From Candidatus Iainarchaeum sp. (GTDB lineage: Archaea > Iainarchaeota > Iainarchaeia > Iainarchaeales > CSSED10-239), in NCBI GenBank assembly GCA_037441475.1, contig JBBISB010000001.1, forward strand, positions 637,465 through 669,464: 32,000 bases of DNA. The letters run 5' to 3'. Below the pieces are notes generated by a model that worked only from the letters and a program-made list of their open reading frames with translations, ran no database searches and was not told where the DNA came from. The position numbers were made by a program, and so were the translations under genes. Shown here piece after piece: positions 1-8,842 of the stretch. Positions within the stretch are counted from its first letter, which is position 1. Each line of letters starts with the position of its first letter.

Positions 1-255
1 TTAAACCATGTTTCTGTTTCTTGTGCCTCTGTTTTAGCAAAGGTTGTAAGGGATCAAATGATCTCCCAGCTAACAGGAACTGATATATCAGGTTATTCTT
101 CAGATCCTAGTACAATAGATTTTTTAAAAAAATATATTTTAGAACATAAAAAAATACCTCCCTATGCAAGAGACAAATGGGAGACAATAACAAAGGTAAT
201 GAATGAACTTTATCAAAATAAAATAGGGTGGTTTAATGACAAACAATCTAGATGA
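1..255 (+). CDS. rnhB: Ribonuclease HII, C-terminal part (5' truncated by window edge)
   Basis: Frame 1 is open from base 1: LNHVSVSCASVLAKVVRDQMI...GYSSDPSTIDFLKKY...PPYARDKWETI. This matches the RNase HII 'ASILAKVxRD' and 'GYPSDPxT' motifs. The track ORF 58..255 is its tail. Confidence 0.85.
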   Translation, partial: LNHVSVSCASVLAKVVRDQMISQLTGTDISGYSSDPSTIDFLKKYILEHKKIPPYARDKWETITKVMNELYQNKIGWFNDKQSR

Positions 256-616
256 AATTGACAGAGCAATAAAGCAGATGATCTTAGATTTCGCTCGTAA
301 GAATAAACCAGATAAGTCAGAGCCCATTAATCTTAATATCCAGTTTAATAGAAACAAAGAGGACTTTGAGATGTGTGATGACATTGATAGCTTTGTTTTT
401 GATAAAGAGAACATCTACTTAACAATGTACACTCCTCACAACTTAAACAAAATAAGGTTTGATGTTGATAATGATAGAAACATCTTAATGATAAGAAGTC
501 ATGATTTTTCTTTCTATAAAGAAGTATGGCTTGGTTTTAAGGTTGTAAAGGAAAGTGTAGTTTCAAGTTATAAAAACAACATCTTAGAGATTAAACTCTC
601 TATTGAACAGATATAA
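236..616 (+). CDS. Small protein with divergent Hsp20/alpha-crystallin-like C-terminal half
   Basis: 126-aa ORF overlapping the rnhB end. The pattern '...FYKEVWLGFKVVKESVVSSYKNNILEIKLS' resembles the Hsp20 'LP..V....a.ykNGvLei.l' signature. Confidence 0.5.
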   Translation: MTNNLDEIDRAIKQMILDFARKNKPDKSEPINLNIQFNRNKEDFEMCDDIDSFVFDKENIYLTMYTPHNLNKIRFDVDNDRNILMIRSHDFSFYKEVWLGFKVVKESVVSSYKNNILEIKLSIEQI

Positions 617-1676
617 GTTTTTTAAAGAATAAATCTGTTTTCTTAATAACGAACTTCTTATATTTTTTTGTATCAGGAGAGTATGCTTTTCTCATATCTT
701 TTCTAATTTTTTTAAGTTTTTCAAAAGGTCCATACTGTGTCACTTGATTTTCCTTTATTAAAAGATAGCTTAAGTAGTTTAAGGAAAGAACTGTTGAGTA
801 TTTGTTAACAGTTCCATACTCTAAGGTAAAGTGAATGTTTTCTTTTCCCTTTGAGTTATTAAAAAAACAATTTTCCATTCCACCTATATGGTCTGTTCCT
901 TTTTTTTTTGTACTCTCTGTATTCTTTATTTTTAATCTTTTAACAAATGGTTTTATTTCTTTTGAGTTTAATTTATTTGCAGTAAAAACATCTAAGTTAT
1001 ACTTCTTTGCAGCCCCTGTATGGATGTCTATAAAAACAACTCTCTTGTAACCTGTAGTTATTTTTTTTAATTCTTTTTCTAAAGCCAAGATAGATTTTTC
1101 TTTTTTAAAACCTGCAAAGCAAACTCCTTTAGGATATTTATTTTGTCCTCTTCCTAAAACAGTAATTGTTTTGGAAATCCCATGCTTTTCAATAAGCTTT
1201 ACAACTCTTGTATAGTAGTTTAGTTTTGAAAGTTTTTCATTAACAAGAGGTTTTTTCATATCAAAAAGATTTTCTTCTTTAAAAAGGCGATTTCTTTCAA
1301 AGAAGTTATTAACTTCACTAAAGTCAAGATTGTTGTTTCTATTAAGATCAACATTATTTTCATTATATCTTCTATTATTCTTAAAGCCATAAGGGTTAAG
1401 AGCATGCACTAGAAGAGCACTATACTTTTCTTTTATTTTTTCAAAGTATTTTTCTAAAAAGAAAAGTTGTACAGCACTTCCAGTATACCCCTCCACCCCA
1501 TGTGTTGCAGAGACAAGCACCAGTAATGTTTCTTTCTTCTTTGTTTCATGCAAGGCAAAGTCTATGGTTAAGTCATCAATTATATTTACTTTACTTTTTT
1601 TTAATTTTTTTGTATCTTCTAAAAATTTCTTTCTTGCAGAAAAGTAGTCTTTAGAAAAATATTTTTCATAAATCAT
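600..1676 (-). CDS. M14-like/DUF2817-type metallopeptidase or amidohydrolase
   Basis: 358 aa with 'SATHGVEGYTGSA', 'NPYGFKNNRRYNENNVDLNRN', 'FIDIHTG' and 'LEYGT', consistent with DUF2817/M14-like zinc ligands. Confidence 0.75.
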   Translation of the reverse strand: MIYEKYFSKDYFSARKKFLEDTKKLKKSKVNIIDDLTIDFALHETKKKETLLVLVSATHGVEGYTGSAVQLFFLEKYFEKIKEKYSALLVHALNPYGFKNNRRYNENNVDLNRNNNLDFSEVNNFFERNRLFKEENLFDMKKPLVNEKLSKLNYYTRVVKLIEKHGISKTITVLGRGQNKYPKGVCFAGFKKEKSILALEKELKKITTGYKRVVFIDIHTGAAKKYNLDVFTANKLNSKEIKPFVKRLKIKNTESTKKKGTDHIGGMENCFFNNSKGKENIHFTLEYGTVNKYSTVLSLNYLSYLLIKENQVTQYGPFEKLKKIRKDMRKAYSPDTKKYKKFVIKKTDLFFKKLISVQ

Positions 1677-1678
1677 AA

Positions 1679-3427
1679 TTATTCATAACTCTTTTCTATC
1701 TTGAAATTATCTCTAAACTTATGGTCAGGATGTATATTTATTGGTTTTGGGTTTCCTGAACCAACCACTCTTTTCTGATTAAACAAATCATAGCTTCCTT
1801 TCTCTAAGATAGAAACAATAGGAGGATCCATTCTTCCAAACTCCTCTCTCATTTGTTTATAGTCATTAATTATTTCTTTAAGGTTTAAGTCTAGTTTGTT
1901 TTTAAAATCAATAATTTTTTTATCATCTTCTTTTTCTAAAACATCTAATAATATTTCATATCTTGGTTTTTTAGAAAGATCTACAAGGTATGGAAGTAAT
2001 GTGTAGTGTTTAAGCTTAATATCAGTTTCTTTAATAGTTTTATTAATTGCCTTAACAATCTCATCTTCATATGCAAGTTCTCCTGCAATGTTAAGATAAT
2101 TCTCTCTATTGTAAAACTTAATCTCTGGTATCTTTTTAAAAAATCCAGTTACTTTAATGACATCTCCCATGTCATACCTATAAAGTCCTTCCTGAGTTGT
2201 TATTATAACCTTATATTTCTTATTAAGTTTTAATTTTTCAACAGTTATTGTTTCTTTTTTTTCTTTATCAATATCAATAAACTCAAAGAAGGTGGTGTTA
2301 AGTGGAAAAACTCCTGAGATTCCATCTTTAGAAAGCCCAATAGATATTCTTCCTTCAGATGCATTTATCCCAGAATCTCTAATCTCTATTTTCTTTCCAA
2401 TCTTTTCCATTAAAGTATCAATATACATCTCATTTGTCTTTGACCTAAAGCAGCTAACTAAACCTATGTTAGGCCAAATATCAATTGCTTTAAAATCTTT
2501 TATAGCTGAAAGATATTCTGCTCTCTTTGGGTTTGTTTTTTTAATAGTTTTAATAAGCTTATCTCTATTTTTTTTAATATAGTCTAAAAAAAGTATTGCT
2601 TCAATTGGTGCTGTAAAAGCTATCTGTGTAATATTTTCTTGTAAGGCATAGATTGCCATTTTTTTAATTTTTTTATCAAAGTTCATTTCATTATAGACTG
2701 TTATTGGGTTTGATATTTTTCTTTTAACATACCATGGAGATTTGTGTGGAAGATATCCAGATATACTTCCATAAGGTATCTTTCCTTTTGTCTTTCCTTC
2801 AAAGTAAGGTCCTGCAAAGTAAAGGGTTTTTCCATTTGCAATCTTAACATAATCTTTTAAGACATAAACAGCCCAGAGTGCAAATTCTTTGTTATAATTT
2901 TTAATTCTCTGTTTTGTAATAGGTACAAGTTTTATTTTACTTGTAGTTCCAGAGGTAGATGCAAAGTAAACTACTTTGTCTTTTGTAAAAATATTCTGTT
3001 CTCCATTCTTAAGTCTTTCAACATCTTCTAAGATATCAGCAAATTTAATAATAGGCACCTTTCTTTGATACTCTTCAATACTCTTAATTTGAGAGAATGA
3101 ATATTTTTTTCCATACTCTGTATTTTTGTTTCTTTTAATAATCTTAAGTAGAACTTTCTTTTGTGATTTTAAGGGATCAATTAAAGCATCTTGAAAATCA
3201 ATAATCTGTTTTATCTGGTTTAAAATATATCTATAGTTTATCAAGTCATCTTTTATTTTTTCACTTGTTTCTTTTATTTTTTTACTTGTTTTTGTAGATA
3301 TTTTTTTAAGGTCCAAGCTTGTTTCTTTAAAAGTACTGCTTGTCTTTTCAGATATTCTTTTTAAATTTTCACTAGTACTCTTAAGCACACTAGTTGTTTT
3401 TTCTTTTATTTTTTCTATTGTCTTCAT
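1679..3427 (-). CDS. GH3-family (auxin-responsive GH3-like) acyl-adenylating/ligase protein with N-terminal coiled-coil extension
   Basis: 582 aa with 'NTEYGKKYSFSQIKSIEEYQRKVPI', 'YFASTSGTTSKIKLVPIT', 'GLYRYDMGDVIKVTGF' and 'NIAGELAYEDEI', typical of the GH3 superfamily. Confidence 0.8.
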   Translation of the reverse strand: MKTIEKIKEKTTSVLKSTSENLKRISEKTSSTFKETSLDLKKISTKTSKKIKETSEKIKDDLINYRYILNQIKQIIDFQDALIDPLKSQKKVLLKIIKRNKNTEYGKKYSFSQIKSIEEYQRKVPIIKFADILEDVERLKNGEQNIFTKDKVVYFASTSGTTSKIKLVPITKQRIKNYNKEFALWAVYVLKDYVKIANGKTLYFAGPYFEGKTKGKIPYGSISGYLPHKSPWYVKRKISNPITVYNEMNFDKKIKKMAIYALQENITQIAFTAPIEAILFLDYIKKNRDKLIKTIKKTNPKRAEYLSAIKDFKAIDIWPNIGLVSCFRSKTNEMYIDTLMEKIGKKIEIRDSGINASEGRISIGLSKDGISGVFPLNTTFFEFIDIDKEKKETITVEKLKLNKKYKVIITTQEGLYRYDMGDVIKVTGFFKKIPEIKFYNRENYLNIAGELAYEDEIVKAINKTIKETDIKLKHYTLLPYLVDLSKKPRYEILLDVLEKEDDKKIIDFKNKLDLNLKEIINDYKQMREEFGRMDPPIVSILEKGSYDLFNQKRVVGSGNPKPINIHPDHKFRDNFKIEKSYE

Positions 3428-3463
3428 ACTCTTTCAAAAATATTTTTTTAATAAAAAAATAAG

Positions 3464-3536
3464 TGGTCCTGCCCAGGCTCGAACTGGGGATCTCCGCAAT
3501 GTCAATGCGACGTCATAACCACTAGACCACAGGACC
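3464..3536 (-). tRNA. tRNA-Val (anticodon GAC)
   Basis: Minus-strand GGTCCTG...CAGGACC-A acceptor pairing (7 bp), TCGCA/TGCGG anticodon stem, loop TTGACAT with anticodon GAC, and CCCAG-TTCGAGC-CTGGG T-arm. Confidence 0.95.
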
Positions 3537-3567
3537 TTTATATCTATAATATATGTAAAATAGCTTT

Positions 3568-4506
3568 TTATATCTTTTTAATTTTTAAAATCAGTTCACA
3601 GGCTTTACAAACTTCTTGACTTGTTTCTTCCTTACATATTTTGCATTTTTTTAGTTTCTGTTTGTCTTTTAATAAAGGAGATATGTTTGTAATTTCTTTA
3701 AGCTTTAAAAAACTCTTAACTAAAGAAAACTTAGCTCCTGGGTGCAAAACCTCTGTCTCGTTTAAAAAACTTCTAAAATGATTTCTCTTAGCTGTTCTAA
3801 AGAAAGGACAGTTGCAATCATGGAAAGGTATATTATTGTATAAAGCGTAAGCAGCAATTTCTTTTTCTGGTGTCAAGTAAAATGGCTTAACTCTTGGTTT
3901 TGTTTCTTCCATGTCAATAATACCAGTTGAAGGTCCAGTTCTTAAAAATCTAACCACATCATTATCTAGAAGATTCATCAAAATAGTTTGACATTCATCA
4001 TCTAGGTTATGTCCTGTTAAAAGTTTACTTACATCTTCTCTGTTTGCAAGTCTGTTTAATGTTTTTCTTCTCAAAACTCCACAGTAAGTACAAACAGTTC
4101 CTTCGCGTCTATCATACTTCTCTCCAATCTCTTGAGTTGAGATATCAAATTCTTTTTTATGAGAGGAGGATACAAGTTTTATGTTTTCTTTAAAACAAAA
4201 ATCTTTTACCACTTGATATGTTTTATTTGAGTAGTTGTCTGTTCCTTCGTCTACAAAGATAGCACAAAACTTAATTCTTCTTTCTTTAAATATTTTATTT
4301 ATTAAGTATAATAAAACCATTGAGTCTTTTCCGCCAGAGGTTGCAACTCCAAGATAATCTTTTTGTGAAAAAAGTTTAAACTGTCTTATGGTTTTTTTAA
4401 ATCTATTTTCAAAAAAATCATTAAAGTGATCTTTACATAAATTATGCTTACCATAAGCTAAGTATATCAAAGCATCCTTTGAACATTTTTCACATTTAAT
4501 ATTCAT
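3568..4506 (-). CDS. Ncs6/TtuA/TtcA-type PP-loop tRNA thiolation enzyme
   Basis: 312 aa with N-terminal CxxC Zn-binding pairs, PP-loop 'ATSGGKDSMVLLYL', 'CTYCGVLRRKTLN', 'LLTGHNLDDECQTILMN' and a C-terminal CKICxxxxxxxxCxxC finger. Confidence 0.88.
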   Translation of the reverse strand: MNIKCEKCSKDALIYLAYGKHNLCKDHFNDFFENRFKKTIRQFKLFSQKDYLGVATSGGKDSMVLLYLINKIFKERRIKFCAIFVDEGTDNYSNKTYQVVKDFCFKENIKLVSSSHKKEFDISTQEIGEKYDRREGTVCTYCGVLRRKTLNRLANREDVSKLLTGHNLDDECQTILMNLLDNDVVRFLRTGPSTGIIDMEETKPRVKPFYLTPEKEIAAYALYNNIPFHDCNCPFFRTAKRNHFRSFLNETEVLHPGAKFSLVKSFLKLKEITNISPLLKDKQKLKKCKICKEETSQEVCKACELILKIKKI

Positions 4507-4514
4507 TTTTTAAA

Positions 4515-4694
4515 TCACTTTATAACTTGCAAAACTTCAATCTCAGTTTCTTTCTTAATAACAGTTGATATTGGCCTAAAAGTACCATCTATCTTAACTA
4601 AAACAATCTCTGGACTTATCTTTAAATCTATTAATATCTCTCTTAAGGTTTTATTAAAATCTTCCTTGGTTATTGTAATTTTTTTCTTAATCAT
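4515..4694 (-). CDS. Small beta-grasp (ThiS/MoaD/Urm1/TtuB-like) putative sulfur carrier, not in the supplied ORF track
   Basis: My translation: MIKKKITITKEDFNKTLREILIDLKISPEIVLVKIDGTFRPISTVIKKETEIEVLQVIK*. The 'vlVkidG..rp..tvikketEIEvLqV' pattern matches the ThiS/TtuB 'V.VNG..V..d..L.dGDeVeiipvV' core. It lies directly upstream of the thiolase gene on the same strand. Confidence 0.65.
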   Translation of the reverse strand: MIKKKITITKEDFNKTLREILIDLKISPEIVLVKIDGTFRPISTVIKKETEIEVLQVIK

Positions 4695-4726
4695 ATTAAA
4701 TCAACAGGTTTTTAGTTATTTTTAAT

Positions 4727-4755
4727 AAAAATAAGCTCAATTTAAGCTTATTTTT
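4727..4755. promoter_or_regulatory. Perfect 11-bp inverted repeat (stem-loop candidate) in divergent intergenic region
   Basis: AAAAATAAGCT-CAATTTA-AGCTTATTTTT, 11-bp arms and a 7-nt loop, between the minus-strand beta-grasp ORF and the plus-strand L15e gene. Confidence 0.5.
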
Positions 4756-4852
4756 CCATCTAATATATAAATCTTTTGTTTCATAATTATATATTATTAT
4801 TTACTTTAAAATAATATAAGTTTAAAACAAATTAAAAAGAGTGTGATTTTTT

Positions 4853-5461
4853 ATGACAACAGCAAGCCAATATATAAAAAAAACTATAGAGAACGAGTAT
4901 AAGAAAACAAGAGATGCTAATTACGACTATAGAAAAGTATATTCAAAAAAATTAATAGATTTTAGAAAATTAGAAGGTTCTATTGTAAAGGTTGATAAAC
5001 CATCTAATATTGTTAGAGCAAGAGAACTTGGTTACAAAGCAAAGCAAGGTATTATTGTTGTCTTTGTAAAGGTAAGAAAAGGTTCTGGTTTAATCTTAAG
5101 ACCAAAGAATGCTAGAAGACCAAAGAGAATGGGAATTAATAAAATAACAAGGAGAATCTCAATTCAAAGAATGGCTGAGCAAAAAGCAGACAAGGCTTAT
5201 GAAAATTTAGAAGTTTTAAACTCTTACTATGTTGGAGAAGACGGTCAAAAGAAATATTTTGAAGTTATAATGATTGATCCAAACCACCCATCAATAGTAA
5301 ACGATATGGATCTTAATTGGATAGTTTCTGAAAAGCATAAAAAAAGAGCTCAAAGAGGTCTTACAAGTGCTGGAAGAAAGAATAGAGGTCTTGTAAAGAA
5401 AGGAAACGGTACTGAAAAGAACGGTCCTTCAAACAGAGCTAAATTAAGAAAAGCTAAATAG
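4853..5461 (+). CDS. rpl15e: 50S ribosomal protein L15e
   Basis: 202 aa with 'MTTASQYIKKTIENEYK...RARELGYKAKQG', 'RPKRMGI', 'LNSYYVGEDGQKKYFEVIMIDPNHPSI' and 'RGLTSAGRKNRGL', characteristic of L15e. Confidence 0.97.
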   Translation: MTTASQYIKKTIENEYKKTRDANYDYRKVYSKKLIDFRKLEGSIVKVDKPSNIVRARELGYKAKQGIIVVFVKVRKGSGLILRPKNARRPKRMGINKITRRISIQRMAEQKADKAYENLEVLNSYYVGEDGQKKYFEVIMIDPNHPSIVNDMDLNWIVSEKHKKRAQRGLTSAGRKNRGLVKKGNGTEKNGPSNRAKLRKAK

Positions 5462-5494
5462 TTATAAACCTTTTCTTTCTTTATCTTTTATATT

Positions 5495-5761
5495 ATGGTA
5501 TATATGGATAATATCTTATATTTGAGTGCATTTACACACATCATCTGGATTGTACTCTTAATAGTAATTTCAGTTGTTATATACTCATGGACAAAAAGCA
5601 AAATATCAAACAACACAATGTCTGTTGTAATAACAATTATTATTGTATATTTATTATTTGTACAATACCCTCATTTCGTGTGGTTTGCAGTTGTTGGTGC
5701 TTTAATAATATCAATAAGTAAACCTGACTTTAGTAAATTAATGAAGGATTTTAGAATTTAA
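5495..5761 (+). CDS. Small membrane protein, hypothetical
   Basis: 88-aa ORF with several hydrophobic segments. Confidence 0.55.
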   Translation: MVYMDNILYLSAFTHIIWIVLLIVISVVIYSWTKSKISNNTMSVVITIIIVYLLFVQYPHFVWFAVVGALIISISKPDFSKLMKDFRI

Positions 5762-5776
5762 GAAAGTGATTATAGT

Positions 5777-6082
5777 TTGGAAGCAATATTGACTAGGATT
5801 TTTTTACTTGTTATTATTATTCTATGTATCAATTATAATTTTTTAATTTTTATTCCTTTTATTTTAGGTATATACTTTTTATTTGAGAAAAGTTGGTGGA
5901 ATCTTTTGGTGTTAGGAGGTTATGTTGTAATTTTCTTTCTAATGGCAAGTGATGTTCCTTTCCTTCTTTATTCAACAATTATTCTTTTATTAATAGTTAT
6001 TATTACAAATTACTTTTCTGGAAGTAAAGAGAAAGAAGATACTGGAGATATTGATTTCAGTAAACTTTTTGGAAACATGTAA
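5777..6082 (+). CDS. Small membrane protein, hypothetical
   Basis: 101-aa ORF with hydrophobic segments. The C-terminal 'DTGDIDFSKLFGNM' loosely echoes the neighbour's 'KPDFSKLMKDFRI'. Confidence 0.55.
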   Translation: MEAILTRIFLLVIIILCINYNFLIFIPFILGIYFLFEKSWWNLLVLGGYVVIFFLMASDVPFLLYSTIILLLIVIITNYFSGSKEKEDTGDIDFSKLFGNM

Positions 6083-6111
6083 GTCTTTTAAAAAAAGAGG
6101 GTTTTTAAAAA

Positions 6112-6513
6112 ATGCACAAGATAGTTAAGTCATCTGTAAGGGCTGTTAAAAAAGAAGTTAAATCTTTTTTATTAAAACCAAAACCCTCTCTTCATTCAAC
6201 AAACAGAGGAAAAGATAATCCTTCTTTGTTTAATAGAGGAAAAGAATTTGTTGTTGATATCTTAAAGTTTAAAACTAAAAGACCATCAAAAGAAAGCTCT
6301 ATGGAGTTTATAAAAAAAAATAAAAGTTTCTTTTCTAAAAGTAATTTAAAGGCTCTTCTAGCTTACATCTTCTCTGATTTTTCTATGGACCAGATAGAGG
6401 ACATGATACGATATATCTTTGGGAATCTATCAGAAGAGCAAAGAGATAATGTTTTACTTGACATTATCGAACATATAAACGAGAAAGAGTATGGGTTTTT
6501 ATTAAAGGATTAA
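6112..6513 (+). CDS. Hypothetical protein
   Basis: 133-aa basic ORF, intact and between well-spaced neighbours. Confidence 0.5.
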   Translation: MHKIVKSSVRAVKKEVKSFLLKPKPSLHSTNRGKDNPSLFNRGKEFVVDILKFKTKRPSKESSMEFIKKNKSFFSKSNLKALLAYIFSDFSMDQIEDMIRYIFGNLSEEQRDNVLLDIIEHINEKEYGFLLKD

Positions 6514-6520
6514 TAAAAAC

Positions 6521-7102
6521 TTATTTTAGTTTATTTAAAATATTTCTATTTTCTTCTAAAATATCTTTCATAATTTTTGTAAGTCCATTCATCTGTGCTT
6601 TAAGTTCTCTTACTTGCTCTTCAATTTCAGAAAGTTGTTTTGAATCAATTGTAGGTGCTATTGGTTTTTCTTTTTTTAAATTTTTAATAATATCTTCCTG
6701 ATTAATTTTATTAACATCACTTGTAGTTTTCTTAAGCTCTGTTTCTAAAAAATCTTCATATTTACTTTTGTTTTTTTCTATAAAATCTGTTTTAGTTGTT
6801 TTTTTAGAAATTACTTCTTTTTCAGGTTCTTCTTCATCAAGTTCTTCTTGAGAAATCTCTTCCTCTTCTTGAGAAGCATCTTCTTTTACAGAAGATAAAT
6901 TTTCTTCCTTTTCTTTTTTAACAGAAGTTAAAGGTTCTTCTTTCTTTTCTGTTTTTCTTGATGCTAAAACAGCATTATAATTATTTTCAATATCTTCTTC
7001 ATCAACACCTATGTCTTTAAGTGTCGAATAAATAGTTTCTTTATCTATATTAGCATCCATTAGTTCAATAATGGTGTCTTGAATTAATTTTTTTTCAACC
7101 AT
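6521..7102 (-). CDS. Hypothetical acidic coiled-coil protein
   Basis: 193 aa with an N-terminal short helical module (IIELMDANIDKETIYSTLKDIGVDEEDIENNYNAVL), Glu/Lys-rich linker and C-terminal coiled coil. Confidence 0.55.
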   Translation of the reverse strand: MVEKKLIQDTIIELMDANIDKETIYSTLKDIGVDEEDIENNYNAVLASRKTEKKEEPLTSVKKEKEENLSSVKEDASQEEEEISQEELDEEEPEKEVISKKTTKTDFIEKNKSKYEDFLETELKKTTSDVNKINQEDIIKNLKKEKPIAPTIDSKQLSEIEEQVRELKAQMNGLTKIMKDILEENRNILNKLK

Positions 7103-7211
7103 ACTTAATCTATATTCTAAACTATAATAGTTAATATCTTAAATGTAAGTTATTAAAAATGTTTTGTTTTAAATAATAAATATAATATATAATTTTACGA
7201 GATTTTTAAAT

Positions 7212-8648
7212 ATGATATCCTTAAACACATGGAACACTTTATATGAAGGCAAGTATGCTGATCAAGAGCTTAGTGTTCTCTATAAAGACGATATCTTTGT
7301 TTCTTTCTTAAGGTTAAGAGATAAAACAAATGTCTTAATACAGGTATATAAGGTTTTTGTTGTTAAAGGAGAGATTGAAACTTTTGCATCCACTCTTCCA
7401 TACCCTGCTATTGTTTATCATAAGCATGTGGATATTGGTTCTTCAAATAACTTTAAGTATCTTTTATTACATACAGACACAGAGTATATAGATGTAAATA
7501 CTCTTTCATATCATGTAGATAAAAAAATAACTGAACTAAATAAAATGATTGGTTCTGTAATCTCTGTTGTTAAGTCATATAACATTAAGTTAATTTCTTT
7601 AAAACTTGCAGAAAAAAGAGATAATGATTATTTTTTTTCAGATCCTGAAATCTTAAAATCACTTTCAAACATGCCTCTTTCCTTAGACTTTAAATCTTCA
7701 ACACCTTTAGATAAGTTAATCCTAGGTAAAAAGAAAGACGTAACAGTTACAACCTCTCTTTCAAACCTAAAGAATGTAACCGTCTATGGTCCTCTTCTTG
7801 ATGAAAGGTTGTTTGTTTCAAAGTTAATATGTGAAAATTATTTACTTTCTTCAAAAACAGTTATTGTCTTTGATACTTTAAACAACTATGTTAGTTTAGG
7901 GTATCCTCAACAAAACTCCAAGGTCTTAGAGGACTTTGAACTTAATATGGATGCTTTTGGTTTTCCAGTTAAAAAAATAAATTACTTAGATATTAATATT
8001 CCTCTAAGCAAAATACCTTTTGATGCTTTTGTAAATCTTTTTTCTTTTAAGGATGTTTCTTTAAAGATAATAAACCAGGTTTACAGTAAAGATATAATCA
8101 CTGTTAAAGATCTTATTTCAAGTGTTAAAAAAATAAAAGTTGATCAAGAGATTAATGATTTTGAAAAACAAAGAGTAATTTCAAAATTAATGGTCTTAGA
8201 TAAAAAATATGGTTCTTTCTTTGGAAAATCAGATATTTCTTTACTTTTTAAACAAAGATATCAAAATATTGGTTCTGTAAAGATAATTACCTTAAACCCT
8301 AAAGACCCTATTTACCCTTTCTTTATAAAAAACCTTGTTGAAGAGATTTCTTTGTCTGTTAAAGATGAGGTTTTATTGGTTTTTCCTGAGTTAAGTGCTG
8401 TTTTCAATAATCTTTATTTAGGAAGCAGTATAATGCAGACAATAAAAGATAATTCCACCTTAAACTCCTTAATAACAAGCAAGTCTGAAAATGACTTTAG
8501 GGAGGGTGTTTTTCCAGGTGTAAAGATACATGCCATAAAGGATAATGATGCTGTTATCTATTACCCTAACAGAGACCCTATAAGGCTTCTTTTAAGACCT
8601 ACTTTTACATCTAGTGTTATTAATTATAAGCTTAAGGACAAGTTTTAG
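7212..8648 (+). CDS. HerA/VirB4-like ATPase homolog with apparently degenerate P-loop (possibly inactive)
   Basis: 478 aa with 'LKNVTVYGPLLDERLFVSKLICENYLLSSKTVIVFDTLNNYVSLGYP', shaped like a HerA P-loop segment followed by 'viviD..g.Y'. A later 'DEVLLVFPELSAVFNN' sits where Walker B is expected. Confidence 0.4.
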   Translation: MISLNTWNTLYEGKYADQELSVLYKDDIFVSFLRLRDKTNVLIQVYKVFVVKGEIETFASTLPYPAIVYHKHVDIGSSNNFKYLLLHTDTEYIDVNTLSYHVDKKITELNKMIGSVISVVKSYNIKLISLKLAEKRDNDYFFSDPEILKSLSNMPLSLDFKSSTPLDKLILGKKKDVTVTTSLSNLKNVTVYGPLLDERLFVSKLICENYLLSSKTVIVFDTLNNYVSLGYPQQNSKVLEDFELNMDAFGFPVKKINYLDINIPLSKIPFDAFVNLFSFKDVSLKIINQVYSKDIITVKDLISSVKKIKVDQEINDFEKQRVISKLMVLDKKYGSFFGKSDISLLFKQRYQNIGSVKIITLNPKDPIYPFFIKNLVEEISLSVKDEVLLVFPELSAVFNNLYLGSSIMQTIKDNSTLNSLITSKSENDFREGVFPGVKIHAIKDNDAVIYYPNRDPIRLLLRPTFTSSVINYKLKDKF

Positions 8649-8842
8649 TTTTTATGACGTAAGCTACATAACTGTTTAAAAACCACCCTTACCAAAACCT
8701 TTATATACCTGAAAAACTATGTTATTTATATAGGTATGCTTATTTCTATAAAATTTATATTAAGTTTAAAGGTATAAGTAAAAAAATATATGTTAAAAAA
8801 ACAACTATTTTTATAAACATTAAAAATATAGAGGTGTAAACA

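Noticed and set aside
139-414. Minus-strand ORF opposite rnhB and the Hsp20-like gene
   Set aside because: Antisense to the RNase HII motif region and following ORF. No protein-family signal.
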